From contig NC_043011.1 in the NCBI RefSeq assembly GCF_006345805.1, positions 20,534,464 through 20,598,463 on the forward strand: a stretch of DNA of 64,000 nt, given 5' to 3'. The stretch's first letter is position 1. The number at the start of each line of letters is the position of its first letter. The notes beneath the pieces were generated by a model. It saw only the letters and a list, made by a program, of their open reading frames with translations, was not told the origin of the DNA and did no database searches. This document shows, piece after piece, positions 52,568 through 64,000 of the stretch. Both the position numbers and the translations under genes were made by a program. The stretch is from Octopus sinensis (taxonomy: Eukaryota).

Positions 52568-53610
52568 AATGTACATAAATACATACACATGCATACATAT
52601 ATATATACATGTGTGTGTGTGTGTGTGTGTGTGATCATCATCATTTAACGTCTGTCTACTTACCATGCTGGCATGGGTTGGACGGTTTGACAGGAGACTA
52701 CTCTAAGCTTCAGCTTCACTGTCTGTTTTGGCAATCTTTATGCCTGGATGTCCTTCCTAACACCCTAGCTGCATTCAGTGACAATTATAATTCTCCTTTT
52801 TTGGTGACACATTGCAAACTGCTGTTTATATTATTTATTTATATATATCACCGTGATCACCGTGACCGACCAGGCTATCAGATTTTGCTACACATCGCTG
52901 GTCACAATGCGTTTCGCATTGTTTTAGCCTTCAAATGACGCCACCCCGCTGGCTAAGTGAGCTGGCCAACAGAAGAAAGAGTGAGAGAAAGTTGTGGTGA
53001 AAGAGTACAGCAGTGATCGCCACCACCCCCTGCCAGAGCCTCGTGGAGCTTTAGGTGTTTTCACTCAATAAACACCCACAACACTGGTCTGGGAATCGAT
53101 ACCGCGATCCTACGACTGTGAGTCCGCAGCCCTAACCACTGGGCCATTGCGCCTCCACATTTATATATATATATACATGTGTGTGTATAGATACATAAAT
53201 ATACACACACACACTCACACAGACATAGATACATACATACATATATTCATATGTATGTACCTTTATATTATTTATATATATATCTATATACATATATTTG
53301 ATTACAGAGGATCCATAACAGATCGAAGCATACAGAAGTGAAGCACACCACAGTTATTGGCTGGCCAGAATGACGTAAATCCGATTGTTAAGTAATCCAA
53401 TATCATACCACAAATGAATCAATGATGGGAAGTTCTCTGTTGTTTGGTAGTCAACAACTCCAACAACTGGATACTTTGGGGTATATTCTACATATATTAT
53501 ATGTATTTGCATACATATGTATAGATAGATAGACAGACAAACAGATAGACAGATATATTCTGCATTAAATTAAAAAAAGGTGATCTGTGAAAATGTTGTA
53601 AATAACAATA

Positions 53611-53803
53611 ATAAGTTTGCTTATAAGCATTCACAGTATATTGGCTAATACAGAAATAATCTAATATTGAGGTATATAAGCCCTTGATAGAAAAAAATTT
53701 GTATTAGTATACGACCAATTTTTTTCCATCGTTGGCTTATATGGCCCAATACTATACTATTTTCTATAGCCAATATACAGTGAATGCGTATAAGCAAGCT
53801 TAT
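53611..53803. mobile_element. small MITE with ~37-bp imperfect TIRs
   Basis: Left ataagtttgcttataagcattcacagtatattggcta; right end reverse complement ataagcttgcttatacgcattcactgtatattggcta. Confidence 0.7.
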
Positions 53804-54411
53804 AATTATGATTTACTTATATATATATATTTATAATGCATAAACAGAGTCTGGAAGATTGCTTTAAGATAAATGGCATATTTTATAAATATGCCTGATC
53901 AAGTATCATGATAGTATGAAACTATTAGTAGTTCTTTCAGTTGTGTATTTAATTTGATATATACTCTTTTACTCTTTTACTTGTTTCAGTCATTTAAATT
54001 GATATTAATCAAATTAATATCAGTAGTTACTTTACTGAGAAGTAATGTTTATCGCCACATCAGTATGGCTGTTCGACATTATATCTGACAAGCTTCTTTC
54101 AGTTTCTATCTACCAAATCTACTCTTAAGGCTTTAGTTGGCCCGAAGCTATAGTAGAAGTCACTCGCCCAAGGTGCCATGTAGTGGGATTGACCCCAGAA
54201 CCATGTGGCTGGGAAGCAAGCTTCTTACAACACTGTCATCCACAATATCAAACTCAGTGAACTTGCAGTGCTTCAGAGCCAGTTAATTACTTCAGGACAG
54301 CAATCTCATTGAGACAACCCCATAGTCCTGGAGGCATCAAGAATATGCTTACTTTTAATGTCTATCTCACACTTTGGTATGAACAAGGGGTATGAGCAAA
54401 TCAGCCTACTT

Positions 54412-55162
54412 TTAATCCTTTAGTATTCAAATTATTGTCAAATATAAGGTATATTTATTCCCATTGTTTTAAATTACTGTAAATCCTCGAGTATAGTCCG
54501 CCCTTGAGTATAATACGCACGGGATTTTTAGGGGGCTGTACTTATGAAAACACTAAACCTTATGTATAATATGCACCCCTTCTTTAACTTGAGTCATGCG
54601 TAATTAAGCCAGCAGCACCTAGTCGAACAAACACTTCTGCGCATGCGTAATACAATAATGGTGATGTTCTTAACTGTTATATGGGAATGTAAATGTGTTT
54701 GCAAATTGTTTTTGTTATATGTTATTCTGTGTTCTGAATATTTTTTATTTTAATAAATGTTGCTTACTGCAAGTTATGGATGATTTTTTAAAGACTTCAT
54801 TGCTTTCAAGCTTAGCTTAAGGTATTTTCGCAGCTGGCATCACAAAATGCATCTGATTAAACATTGCCGGACAGAAAATAGAGACTCGGACGTTGCTTAG
54901 AAAATATTTTTCATTTTTAACCTCGTATATAGTATGCACTAGGGATTTTGACCTTTAAATTTTGGGGAAAAAATGCGGATTATACTCGAGGATTTATGGT
55001 AGTTATGCATTATCTCACAGCTTTGAGATTTCAATGGTGTGATTGAATATTTTTAGAATGACATTGTAGAATTGGCATGAAAGACCAGATCAAGTCAGTT
55101 TGAATGTAAAACATGTAGTATATTTGGACTGGATATGGCCTGTTTAAATGCTAAAGGGTTAA
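54412..55162. mobile_element. TTAA MITE split by a nested insertion
   Basis: ttaatcctttag at the left end and ctaaagggttaa at the right end. Internal sequence matches 43398-43610 once 54477-54999 is removed. Confidence 0.78.
54477..54999. mobile_element. Tc1/mariner-pogo-like non-autonomous element (TA TSD, 25-bp TIR)
   Basis: TA|CTGTAAATCCTCGAGTATAGTCCGC ... GCGGATTATACTCGAGGATTTATGG|TA. Confidence 0.85.
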
Positions 55163-56046
55163 GATGAGAAAGGAAATTGGGTTTATGGTCCTGAAGTTTT
55201 AATTAAAGAGTAGGTGTTGCATGGTGAGTGGTCCTTTCTTTAGGGAGTGGCTTCTCTCTCTTTCTTCTCTTTCTTTCTCTTCTCTCTCTCTCTCTCTCTT
55301 TCTCTTTAATGTATAATATCTGTGCAACATACCACACACATATATGTGTATATGTATGTATACATATGTATGTATATATGTATGTGTGTATGTATGTATG
55401 TATGTATGTATGTATGTATGTATGTATGTATGTATGTATGTATGTATATGTGTATGTATGTGTGTATGTATGTGTGTATGTATGAATGAATGTATGTATG
55501 TATGTATGTATGTGTGTATGTATGTATGTATGTATGTGTGTATGTATGTGTGTGTGTGTATGTATGTGTGTATGAATGAATGTATGTATGTGTGTATGTA
55601 TGTGTGTATATATGTATAGTGATGGCATATGGCTCAGTGGTTAGAGTGTCGAGCTTACGATTGTGAGGTTGTGAGTTCGATTCCCTGACCAGGCTGCGTG
55701 TTGCGTTCTTGAGCAAGACATTTTATTTCATGTTGCTCCAGTTAACTCAGCTGTAGAAATGAGTTGCGACATCAGTGATGCCAAGCTGTATCAGCCTTTC
55801 CCTAACATCGGTGGCATGAAGAGGGAAGCTGGTATGCATGGGTGACTGCTGGTTTTTCATAAACAATCTTGCCCGCCCGGACTTGTACCTCGGAGGGTAA
55901 CTTTCTAGGTGCAATCCCATGGTCATTCATGACTGAAGGGGGTCTTAAAAAAATGTATGTATGTATGTACAATACATATATACATGTTTAATGTATAATA
56001 TCTGTGCAACATACCACACACATATATATATGTATGTATATGTATG

Positions 56047-56078
<32 letters not shown>

Positions 56079-56312
56079 TGTATGTATGTATGTATGTGTG
56101 TGTATGTATATATGTATATGCACACACACACACACGAACATCTACATATATATATATAACAGAGAGAGAGAGAGAGAGAGAGAGAGTGGTCACATATTTC
56201 AGGTAGAATTCTTTGAATATCAGGACATATTTATCCATGTGAAGTAGCTCCAATTTATTTCTGGTCTTTTAAAGATGTGTGGCATATATATGCATGCATG
56301 TGTGTGTGTGTG

Positions 56313-56354
<42 letters not shown>

Positions 56355-57284
56355 TGTGCTTCTATTGTTAAACATTGCCATCATCTCTTTCCTTCTTTTC
56401 TTGAAAGAAACCATTTACAGAAATAGATGCATATAAATCCAGAGAAACAATTCTTGGATGACATATTTCACCACAAAGAAAAATTAAGTGGCTATATAAT
56501 GGTGTCATTGCATCTCTTGCACCTGTAGAATATGCCTAAGGAGGTTTTATGTGGTCATTAAAGATGCTGGAAATAGCAGCTAATTCTCCCTCAGATCACA
56601 AACCATTCTCTTAATATACAAAAACATACATTTGTTAACGTGGTCCCTGTTTTCCCTAAAAAAGGAGGATGGTTATGGCTGAAATATGTTTATCATTGGT
56701 TTGCTCAATTGGGCCTTACTTGGGGCTGAGAAAAAATAAAGCCTGTAGTGTAATTTTTAAAGAATAAAGAAGCTTGTGTGTTATTGCTGAGCTTTTTGCA
56801 AATAGCAGTTGGAACTGGATTAACCATTAAGCAAAATAAACACATGCTTAGTCAATCAAAGGAAGGGAGATGTGCAACAGAAATGGTAATTGGTTTACAG
56901 CACAAAAGAAATCACTTTAAACTTGCTATGAAAATGTTCAGGATGTCTTATCTTTATTAAGTATGGAAGCAGATATGTTGTATAAGATTAATTTTGAGAA
57001 TCTGATCAGACACTTTACAAAAGTGGAAATACCCAACAATAAACAGTATTTTCCGTCTTACTGTTAGTTTTGTTTTATTTTGAAAAATGAAAATTTATTT
57101 TATGGTTTATTATTGTTTATATTTTGAATTATACTTATATGGTGGGGCATCAAAATCTTTTAAGTGCTTAGGGTCTTAATCCAGCCCAGATAGCAGTCAA
57201 ATTTCAAGCCATCTTTGAAGCAATCCTTAACCTCTTAAAATCAGAAAGACACATTGAACAATGTTGTCCTTGATATACAAAAAA

Positions 57285-57369
57285 ATCATCATCATCATCA
57301 TCATCACCATTATCATCATCATCATCATCATCATCATCGCCATTATCATCATTGCCATCATCATCACCG

Positions 57370-57419
<50 letters not shown>

Positions 57420-57470
57420 GCCATTATCATCATTGCCATCATCATCATTGTCATCATTGCCATTGTCATT
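57285..57470. repeat. (CAT)n microsatellite
   Basis: Direct reading. Confidence 0.92.
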
Positions 57471-57721
57471 TAATGTTTGTTTTCTATGCTGGTATAGGTT
57501 GCATGGTTTGACGAGAGCTGGTAAGCCAGAGGACTGCACCAGGCTTCACTGTCTGTTTTGGCACGGTTTCTATGGCTGAATGCCCTTCCTAATGCCAACC
57601 ACCCAACAGAGTGGACTGAGTGCTTTTTATGTGGCTCTTGATTATATGTTTGATTAATGAAAGCAAACCTACGACTAAACAACAGCAACAACTTGTAATT
57701 ACCCAGAGAAAACAAAGAAAC

Positions 57722-57935
57722 GTTAGCATGCCGGGCGAAATGCGTAGCCGTATTTCATCTGCCGTTGCATTCTGAGTTCAAATTCCGCCAAGGTCGACTT
57801 TGCTTTTCATTCTTTCAGGTTCGATAAATTCAGTACCAGTTACGCATTGGGGTCGATGTAATCAACTTAATCCATTTGTCTGTCCTTGTTTGTCCCCTCT
57901 GTGTTTAGTCCCTTGTGGGTAGTAAAGAAATATGT
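57722..57935 (+). mobile_element. SINE family B copy
   Basis: Consensus match. Confidence 0.85.
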
Positions 57936-58684
57936 ATTTCTTTTGCTATCTGGAATCTACTGATCACTCACAGACACACACCAGTGTCTGGCCCACAGAT
58001 TAATTGTCTCCTTTCTCTATCGTTTTTTATTACCATTATGGCAATGGTTGCTCTAATGTTAACTCAACCCAGTCAGTCATTTTAACCCCTTCTCATCACC
58101 CATCTTGTTTCCAAACTCACAGGCCCCCACTGACCATTACATCATGTCATTTTTCTTTACAGAATATTATCCCTCTAGGTATCCTTCCCTACACATTTCT
58201 TACCTGCAATCATGTGCTCCTTTCATTACATGTAATATATGAATCACTCACAGACTCACACCGACCTCTGTCTCCTTTCCCCGGTCTTTTTTTTGCTACT
58301 ACAATGACAATAGCCTTTGCTTATCAGAGATGGCTAGTTTCTGTTAACTTCACCCAGGCATTATTACCTCATTTATTTTACCTCCTGTCATCACACATGT
58401 TGTTACCAAGCTCACAAACCCCACTACTCACTCTACCCAGTCATTTCTCCCCAGAATATTGCCCTGCAAGGATTCCTTCTCTGTACATGTCATTCCTGCA
58501 GTCATCAACTTGCAACAATTTTAATAAAACAGCTTCAATTTCACCCATCCCAGAGGGCATGAAGATCCTATGGCCACCACTCCTTACTTAAAACCTAACT
58601 AATTAAAAAGATACAAATTAAAAACAAGAAAATTGCAGCAAAGCTGTGTGATAGAGGTGTCAGATGTGGCATGCAGACCATCAT

Positions 58685-59087
58685 GTTTCTGCTGTCTCAT
58701 ATGCTGTCTCTGTTGCATTTGAAAGCTCTCTGTCTGGTAGTCGTGGTGTGTTAATTTTATACTGATTGATGGGCTCAGAAAAGAGTCTGCCAAAAGTTGA
58801 AAAAGATGAATGAACACACAATGCTCATATGCACACTGAATTCATAAAACAGAAAAGAAGAATAAAAACACAATGCGCATGTCAAAATAAAGTGGAAGAG
58901 AAGAATAAAAACACAATTTCAGTTTTATGAATTCAGTGTGCATATGAGCATTGTGTGTTCATTCATCTTTTTCAACTTTTGGCAGACTCTTTTCTGAGCC
59001 CATCAGTCAGTATAAAATTAACACACCATGACTACCAGACAGAGAGCTTTGGAATGCAACAGAGACAGCATATGAGACAGCAGAAAC
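58685..59087. repeat. long near-perfect inverted repeat (166-bp arms, 71-nt spacer)
   Basis: 58685-58850 pairs with 58922-59087, with 4 mismatches counted by hand. Confidence 0.93.
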
Positions 59088-60200
59088 AGCACAACAGACA
59101 ATCAGTGAACAGATGTGGGCAGCTGTTGAACTGAGCTGACATCAACTTAATGAACAACTGGTGACAGCAACACAATGTCTAGTAGTTAAGTTTTTGACTA
59201 CTATTACAACTACACCAAGAACAATAACATCCAGACTCTCTCAATGTTTGTCAGTCATAATAACAACAGTATTTGTCTTTTGCTTGTATACAAAAAGAAT
59301 AAAAGTTAATTTGTAAAAATCTCAACAGATCTCATCATCTTCTATGTACAACATTTTCTGTGTACAACCTCTGATGCTAGAAATAGCAGTTAGCACACCA
59401 GCTCCAGTACAGGTACCAGTACAGAGGTACAACTGAATACTACAAATGATTTTGTCTGCCACCCTTTGTCTGTCGTTCTACAGATTCTGTCCATCCACAG
59501 GCCTGGGCTGAAATAATGAAAATTATTATTCCAGTGTTTAAGTTACTGGAATTTTAATCTTATGGTTATAGAACAAGTAGAAAGATAAATTTTTTTCCGG
59601 CAACCAGCATGAGTGGTTGCCAGTAAATTTTTCTGCTCTTAGAAAGATTTTATCCCTTACATATACTGTTCAGTATTTACATGTTGAAAATAATTTATCG
59701 TTGTACTTGTTCTACAATACATTTCAATGCTTCAAAAACTAACTTATGCTTGTTTACATATGACGTAATCTTATGGTTATATTTACAAATCTAGAGATAG
59801 CTAATCAGGTTGACTTCTTGAGCAAAGACACAGAACCCTTAACTGATGAGTGATAAAAAAAAAAGGTAAGGTCCACTACTACATCACAGTTGAATGGTTA
59901 GCATCCAGTCATAAAAAATAGAAGCATTAGCTAATAAAAATAACTTAGAGAGACCAGTGGTATGTATTTGAACAACGGACAAATATGATATATTTGTATT
60001 TGTCTATGTTGTCCAAATACATGCCACTAGCTCTTCTGAGTTATTTTTCTTAGCTCATGCTTGTTTAAATTATGTAAATTACCTATGCCAAAAATGTGTT
60101 CAACTCTTCATGCATAAGTCTAAGCCTCTTGACAGCTGGAGATAGATTAAGAACATTGTCAAGCTGATAATGCCAATTCAGGCAGAAACATATACCATTT

Positions 60201-60570
60201 ATTCTTTTATTCTTTTATTTGACTGTGACCATGCTGGAGCACCGCCTTTAGTCGAGTAAATCGACCCCAGGACTTTTTCTTTGTAAGCCTAGTACTTATT
60301 CTATTGGCCTCTCTTGCAGAATTGCTAAGTGATGGGGACATAAACACACCACCATCAGTTGTCAAGCGATGTTGGGGAGACAAACACAGACACACAAACA
60401 TATATATACACATATATACGACAGGCTTCATTCAGTTTCCGTCTACCAAATCCAATCACAAGGCTTTGGTCGGCCTGAGGCTATAGTAGAAGACACTTGC
60501 CCAAGGTGCTATGCAGTGGGACTGAACCCGGAACCATGTTGGTATGCAAGCTACTTACACAGCCACTCCT
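60201..60570 (-). mobile_element. SINE family A copy
   Basis: Consensus match. Confidence 0.85.
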
Positions 60571-61635
60571 ACGCCTATTTGGTAATTATGATACATCATC
60601 TAGAGGCAGAAAAAATTTTAATAAATCAAGAATTTATGTTGCATGTTATTTTATATACCTGTATTCATCTCTGTCGTAAAAAAAAAATAATTTTCTTGAA
60701 GTGAGAAGACCATCCCACTTCAGCTAGAAGGAAGCCACTCATGTAAAACTATTTCTTTTTTTAAAGAATAGAAAATATTATCTTATTTCTTTTATGAATA
60801 TTACTCACCGATTCTAAGTAGAGGAAATAGAATATTTGTTGTGCAGTTCAGCTTGAAATAAACATTTATCTTTAGCTACACATTTTAGTGACAGTAAAAT
60901 GTGCAATGCATACACACACACATACACACATATATATATTCATATATATACATATAAGTATATATATGTATGTATGCATATCTTTCTTTCTTTATCTATG
61001 CATATATAGTGATGAGGAAGGACTTACATAAAACAGAGTGAGAGAGAGAAGTAGGGAAGATTACTCACTAAAAATGCTTCGTTAGCATGATAAGGAAGAA
61101 TTTTAAAATATTCTTATGAAGAAAGATAATGAATTCGTTAGACTAAGAATAACAGCACATACATCCTCTGACACTCTCTAATTCACACTCTCACTTACAC
61201 ACACACACACATTTATGGACAAATTGTAAAGTGCTCAATTTGTGGGACAAAATAAATTAATTGTCTGTATTAGTTCAGATAACTTCATATCTTATTAGTC
61301 AGAGACTCATACCTGAAGGAGGGAGCAATCTTCAGGTAAGGATGGTTGGTGGTACAAGTTCCAATGAGGTAGGAATCTATGCCATCCGACCATGCTGGAG
61401 TTCACATGATTAAGTATGGAGTTTGACTCCAAGCACGAAACACTATGTAATAATGAGCTAACAGTGTAACAGGTAGCTATGATCATGAGTGGTTCTATTT
61501 AATTGCTTGGTTTAACAAATGCTGCTACATAAAGCTTGGTCTTGGGGTGACGGCAATTAATATGCAGATGCAAGAAACTTAAAGTTGCTAACAGACACAC
61601 AAATACACCCGCTCACATACATACACACACCTAAA

Positions 61636-61673
<38 letters not shown>

Positions 61674-61957
61674 GGCACATGGCTTAGTGGTTAGGGTGTT
61701 GTACCCATGATTTCTTGACTGTAGTTTCAATTCCCAGACTGGGCACTGTGTTGTGTTCTTGAGCCAAACACTTCATCTAACAGTTCGTCATCTGACATGT
61801 GGCAGATTGTGCACCTGTACAGGTAGTGTCAATTTGATGGAAGGAGTGAGCTTATGTGAACACAAACATTTGATCACTATAAACAAATCTTCTGTGTGGT
61901 TGTTCAGAAAGAAATTGCAGAACCCTCATACATTGTCTAACAACAAGATAGTCTATG

Positions 61958-61995
<38 letters not shown>

Positions 61996-62302
61996 ATAAT
62001 AATAATAATAATAATAATAATTTAAAAATATATATACCAGATCTATACGTTTTTATTATTATTTTGCAATTTACTTAATCATTGGTATATCATTGTTATT
62101 TTATTTTTGATATTTCTATTATATGTAATTTTCTAGATGGTATAATTTAATTGTTCATTTTGAATTGATAAAAGGTGTTTTTTCTAATTTTTATATATGT
62201 ATATATATATATATATATGTATGTATTTATGTATGTATGTATGTATGTACGTATGTATGTATGTATGTATGCATACACACACATACACACACTAATACAC
62301 AC

Positions 62303-62366
<64 letters not shown>

Positions 62367-62654
62367 ACATACATATATATATATATATCAAGTAGACCTG
62401 TGATCAAAAACATTCCAGCCAATCAGATCCTGTCTTTTAGTATGTCACTATATTTCTTTAAGTCTTACAAGATGGTAAGATGAGATATGAATGAGATTTA
62501 GGAATGAATTAGGATTAGTAAAACGTTGAGTGCTCAATAACCAACTGCACCACATTTCTCTAATCAACGATTTGTGCATGGTTTAAAAATAACTTAACAG
62601 TAAACTCCCATTACTAAGTGGTCAAAATATTTAGTGTAATATATTCATCTAGCT

Positions 62655-63368
62655 CAGTGATTCCCAGCCTGGGGCATATGCCCCACCAGCGGAGCCTAAG
62701 AAAATTGTGGAGCAATTAAAGTGATTTGCATTTTTTTCTTAATCAATAATGTACTTTTTATTTTTGTACTCAGTACTTCATAAAAGAGTTAACTGTAGAT
62801 TCTTTTGTAGTAAATAATTGTGATAAACGTGTGAAATTTGACTGCCAACTGTTGGTGTTGCCATCTACAGTTGCTTTCTGAGTAAGAAGCAGAGAGAAAG
62901 AGAGTTTGCTAAGAAATAGAAGGGAGGGAGAAATTTCCCCCAGGGGGAGAGAATCATTTAGAGCATTCTTTTTTTTTTTTTTTTTTTTTGCTTTATAATT
63001 ATGCGATGTCTTTTCCTTATGTAATAAAATTATGATAAAATATTCTTTTCTACTCTAGGCACAAAGCCTGAAATTTCAGGGGAGGGGACCAATCGATTAG
63101 ATTGACCCCAGTACACAACTGGTATTCAATTTATTGACCCTGTAAAGATGAAAGGTAAAGCTGACCTCGGCAGAATTTGAACTCAGAACACAAAGACAGG
63201 CAAAATGCCACTAAGCATTTCGCCCGGTGTGCTAACGCTTCTGCCAGCTCACCACATTTCGTAATAAAATATTAAAAACAAAGTTGCTTTTCCCCTACCA
63301 CCAGTGGTGCATACATTTTTCTGGAAAATTATTGTGGAGCCTGGGAGAGAATAGGTTGAGAAGCACTG
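62655..63368. mobile_element. hAT(Charlie)-like non-autonomous element containing a nested SINE B (about 63055-63255)
   Basis: Ends CAGTGATTCCCAGCCT and AGGTTGAGAAGCACTG are imperfect TIRs of the CAGTGnTTCnCAACCT type. No clear TSD. Confidence 0.6.
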
Positions 63369-64000
63369 TACCAAAGCCAGCTGTTTGTGGGGATTTTTAG
63401 CCTTACTGTCATATAGTTCAGCCTTTAACAGGCCCTGGTCAAATATGAAATACAGGCTCTATTTGAACTGGTAATACTTTAGGTAAGGTCTGAAATGTAA
63501 GTACATTTCAAACTGCTCATTAAATATCCTAATAATCAGTGCTAAATACCTATAATTTATTTATGGGTTACAGCGGAGGTCCGCAACCATCAGGCCGCAG
63601 ACCAGTACTGGTCTGTGGGTCATTTGTCACTGGGTCACATAGAAATCATTAACTTGTTTAAGATTATATAATAGATAAATTGAATATTAGACTTTAATTT
63701 TAAAAGATTTGTTTCAATATTCAATATTCATCTACTCAATACTATCAATCATAACTGTAATTACATTTTATAATTAATGTATATTTTTATAATTAATGCA
63801 TATTTTATGTCTACCTTTATTATCTATCATATAACTGTAAGCACATTTTACAATCCATGTATATTTTCTATTTATCTATTATATAAAATCCATTCTGTCT
63901 GTCTGTGTGTCTTCTAGGATCACGGGCATCCTCCATCCGATTGCACTCAAGTTTGATATGAAGATACCAACAGTATCAGGGCGTGTATAAGTCATGAAAA

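Noticed and set aside
58204-58226. Possible tiny first exon ATG AAA GGA GCA CAT GAT TGC AG|gtaaga (MKGAHDCR), phase-compatible with exon A
   Set aside because: Only 8 codons, no similarity to known JIP1 N-termini, and expected by chance in 14 kb. Needs RNA-seq.
58004-58591. 195-aa plus-strand ORF
   Set aside because: No recognisable domain, weak alternative start and composition typical of non-coding sequence.
60800-60850. Strong minus-strand donor-like site ...AATCG|gtgagtaa
   Set aside because: The frame required to join exon A has a TAG immediately upstream. At best a non-coding exon, and unsupported.

Overview
Eukaryotic, AT-rich, microsatellite- and SINE-saturated genomic DNA. The repeat content looks like an octopus/coleoid cephalopod genome (inference, not verified). 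Almost all ORFs in the supplied track are microsatellite artefacts. One real gene is present, on the minus strand: a JNK-interacting protein 1 homologue (JIP1 / MAPK8IP1 / Aplip1). I traced nine coding exons by hand: 49772-49274, 44051-43916, 33273-32890, 26542-26372, 11268-11191, 8960-8863, 6698-6594, 5382-5303 and 3417-3319. All have canonical AG/GT boundaries and compatible phases, and they join into 1650 nt of open frame encoding the N-terminal HDISL motif, an RKLPETP motif, an SH3 domain and a PTB/PID domain. The first coding exon and the last exon were not found and probably lie outside the window. The introns hold dozens of tRNA-derived SINEs, LINE remnants (RTE, CR1, RLE-type), mariner remnants and several MITE families. 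The best second-look items are: (1) a complete minimal type I hammerhead ribozyme motif in the JIP1 sense orientation about 550 nt upstream of an exon (50317-50372); (2) a 166-bp near-perfect inverted repeat (58685-59087); (3) a RIM-BP-type SH3-binding motif in place of the vertebrate JNK-docking motif; and (4) a Merlin-like MITE with an 8-bp TSD that carries telomeric repeats. No bacterial-type system or CRISPR array is present.
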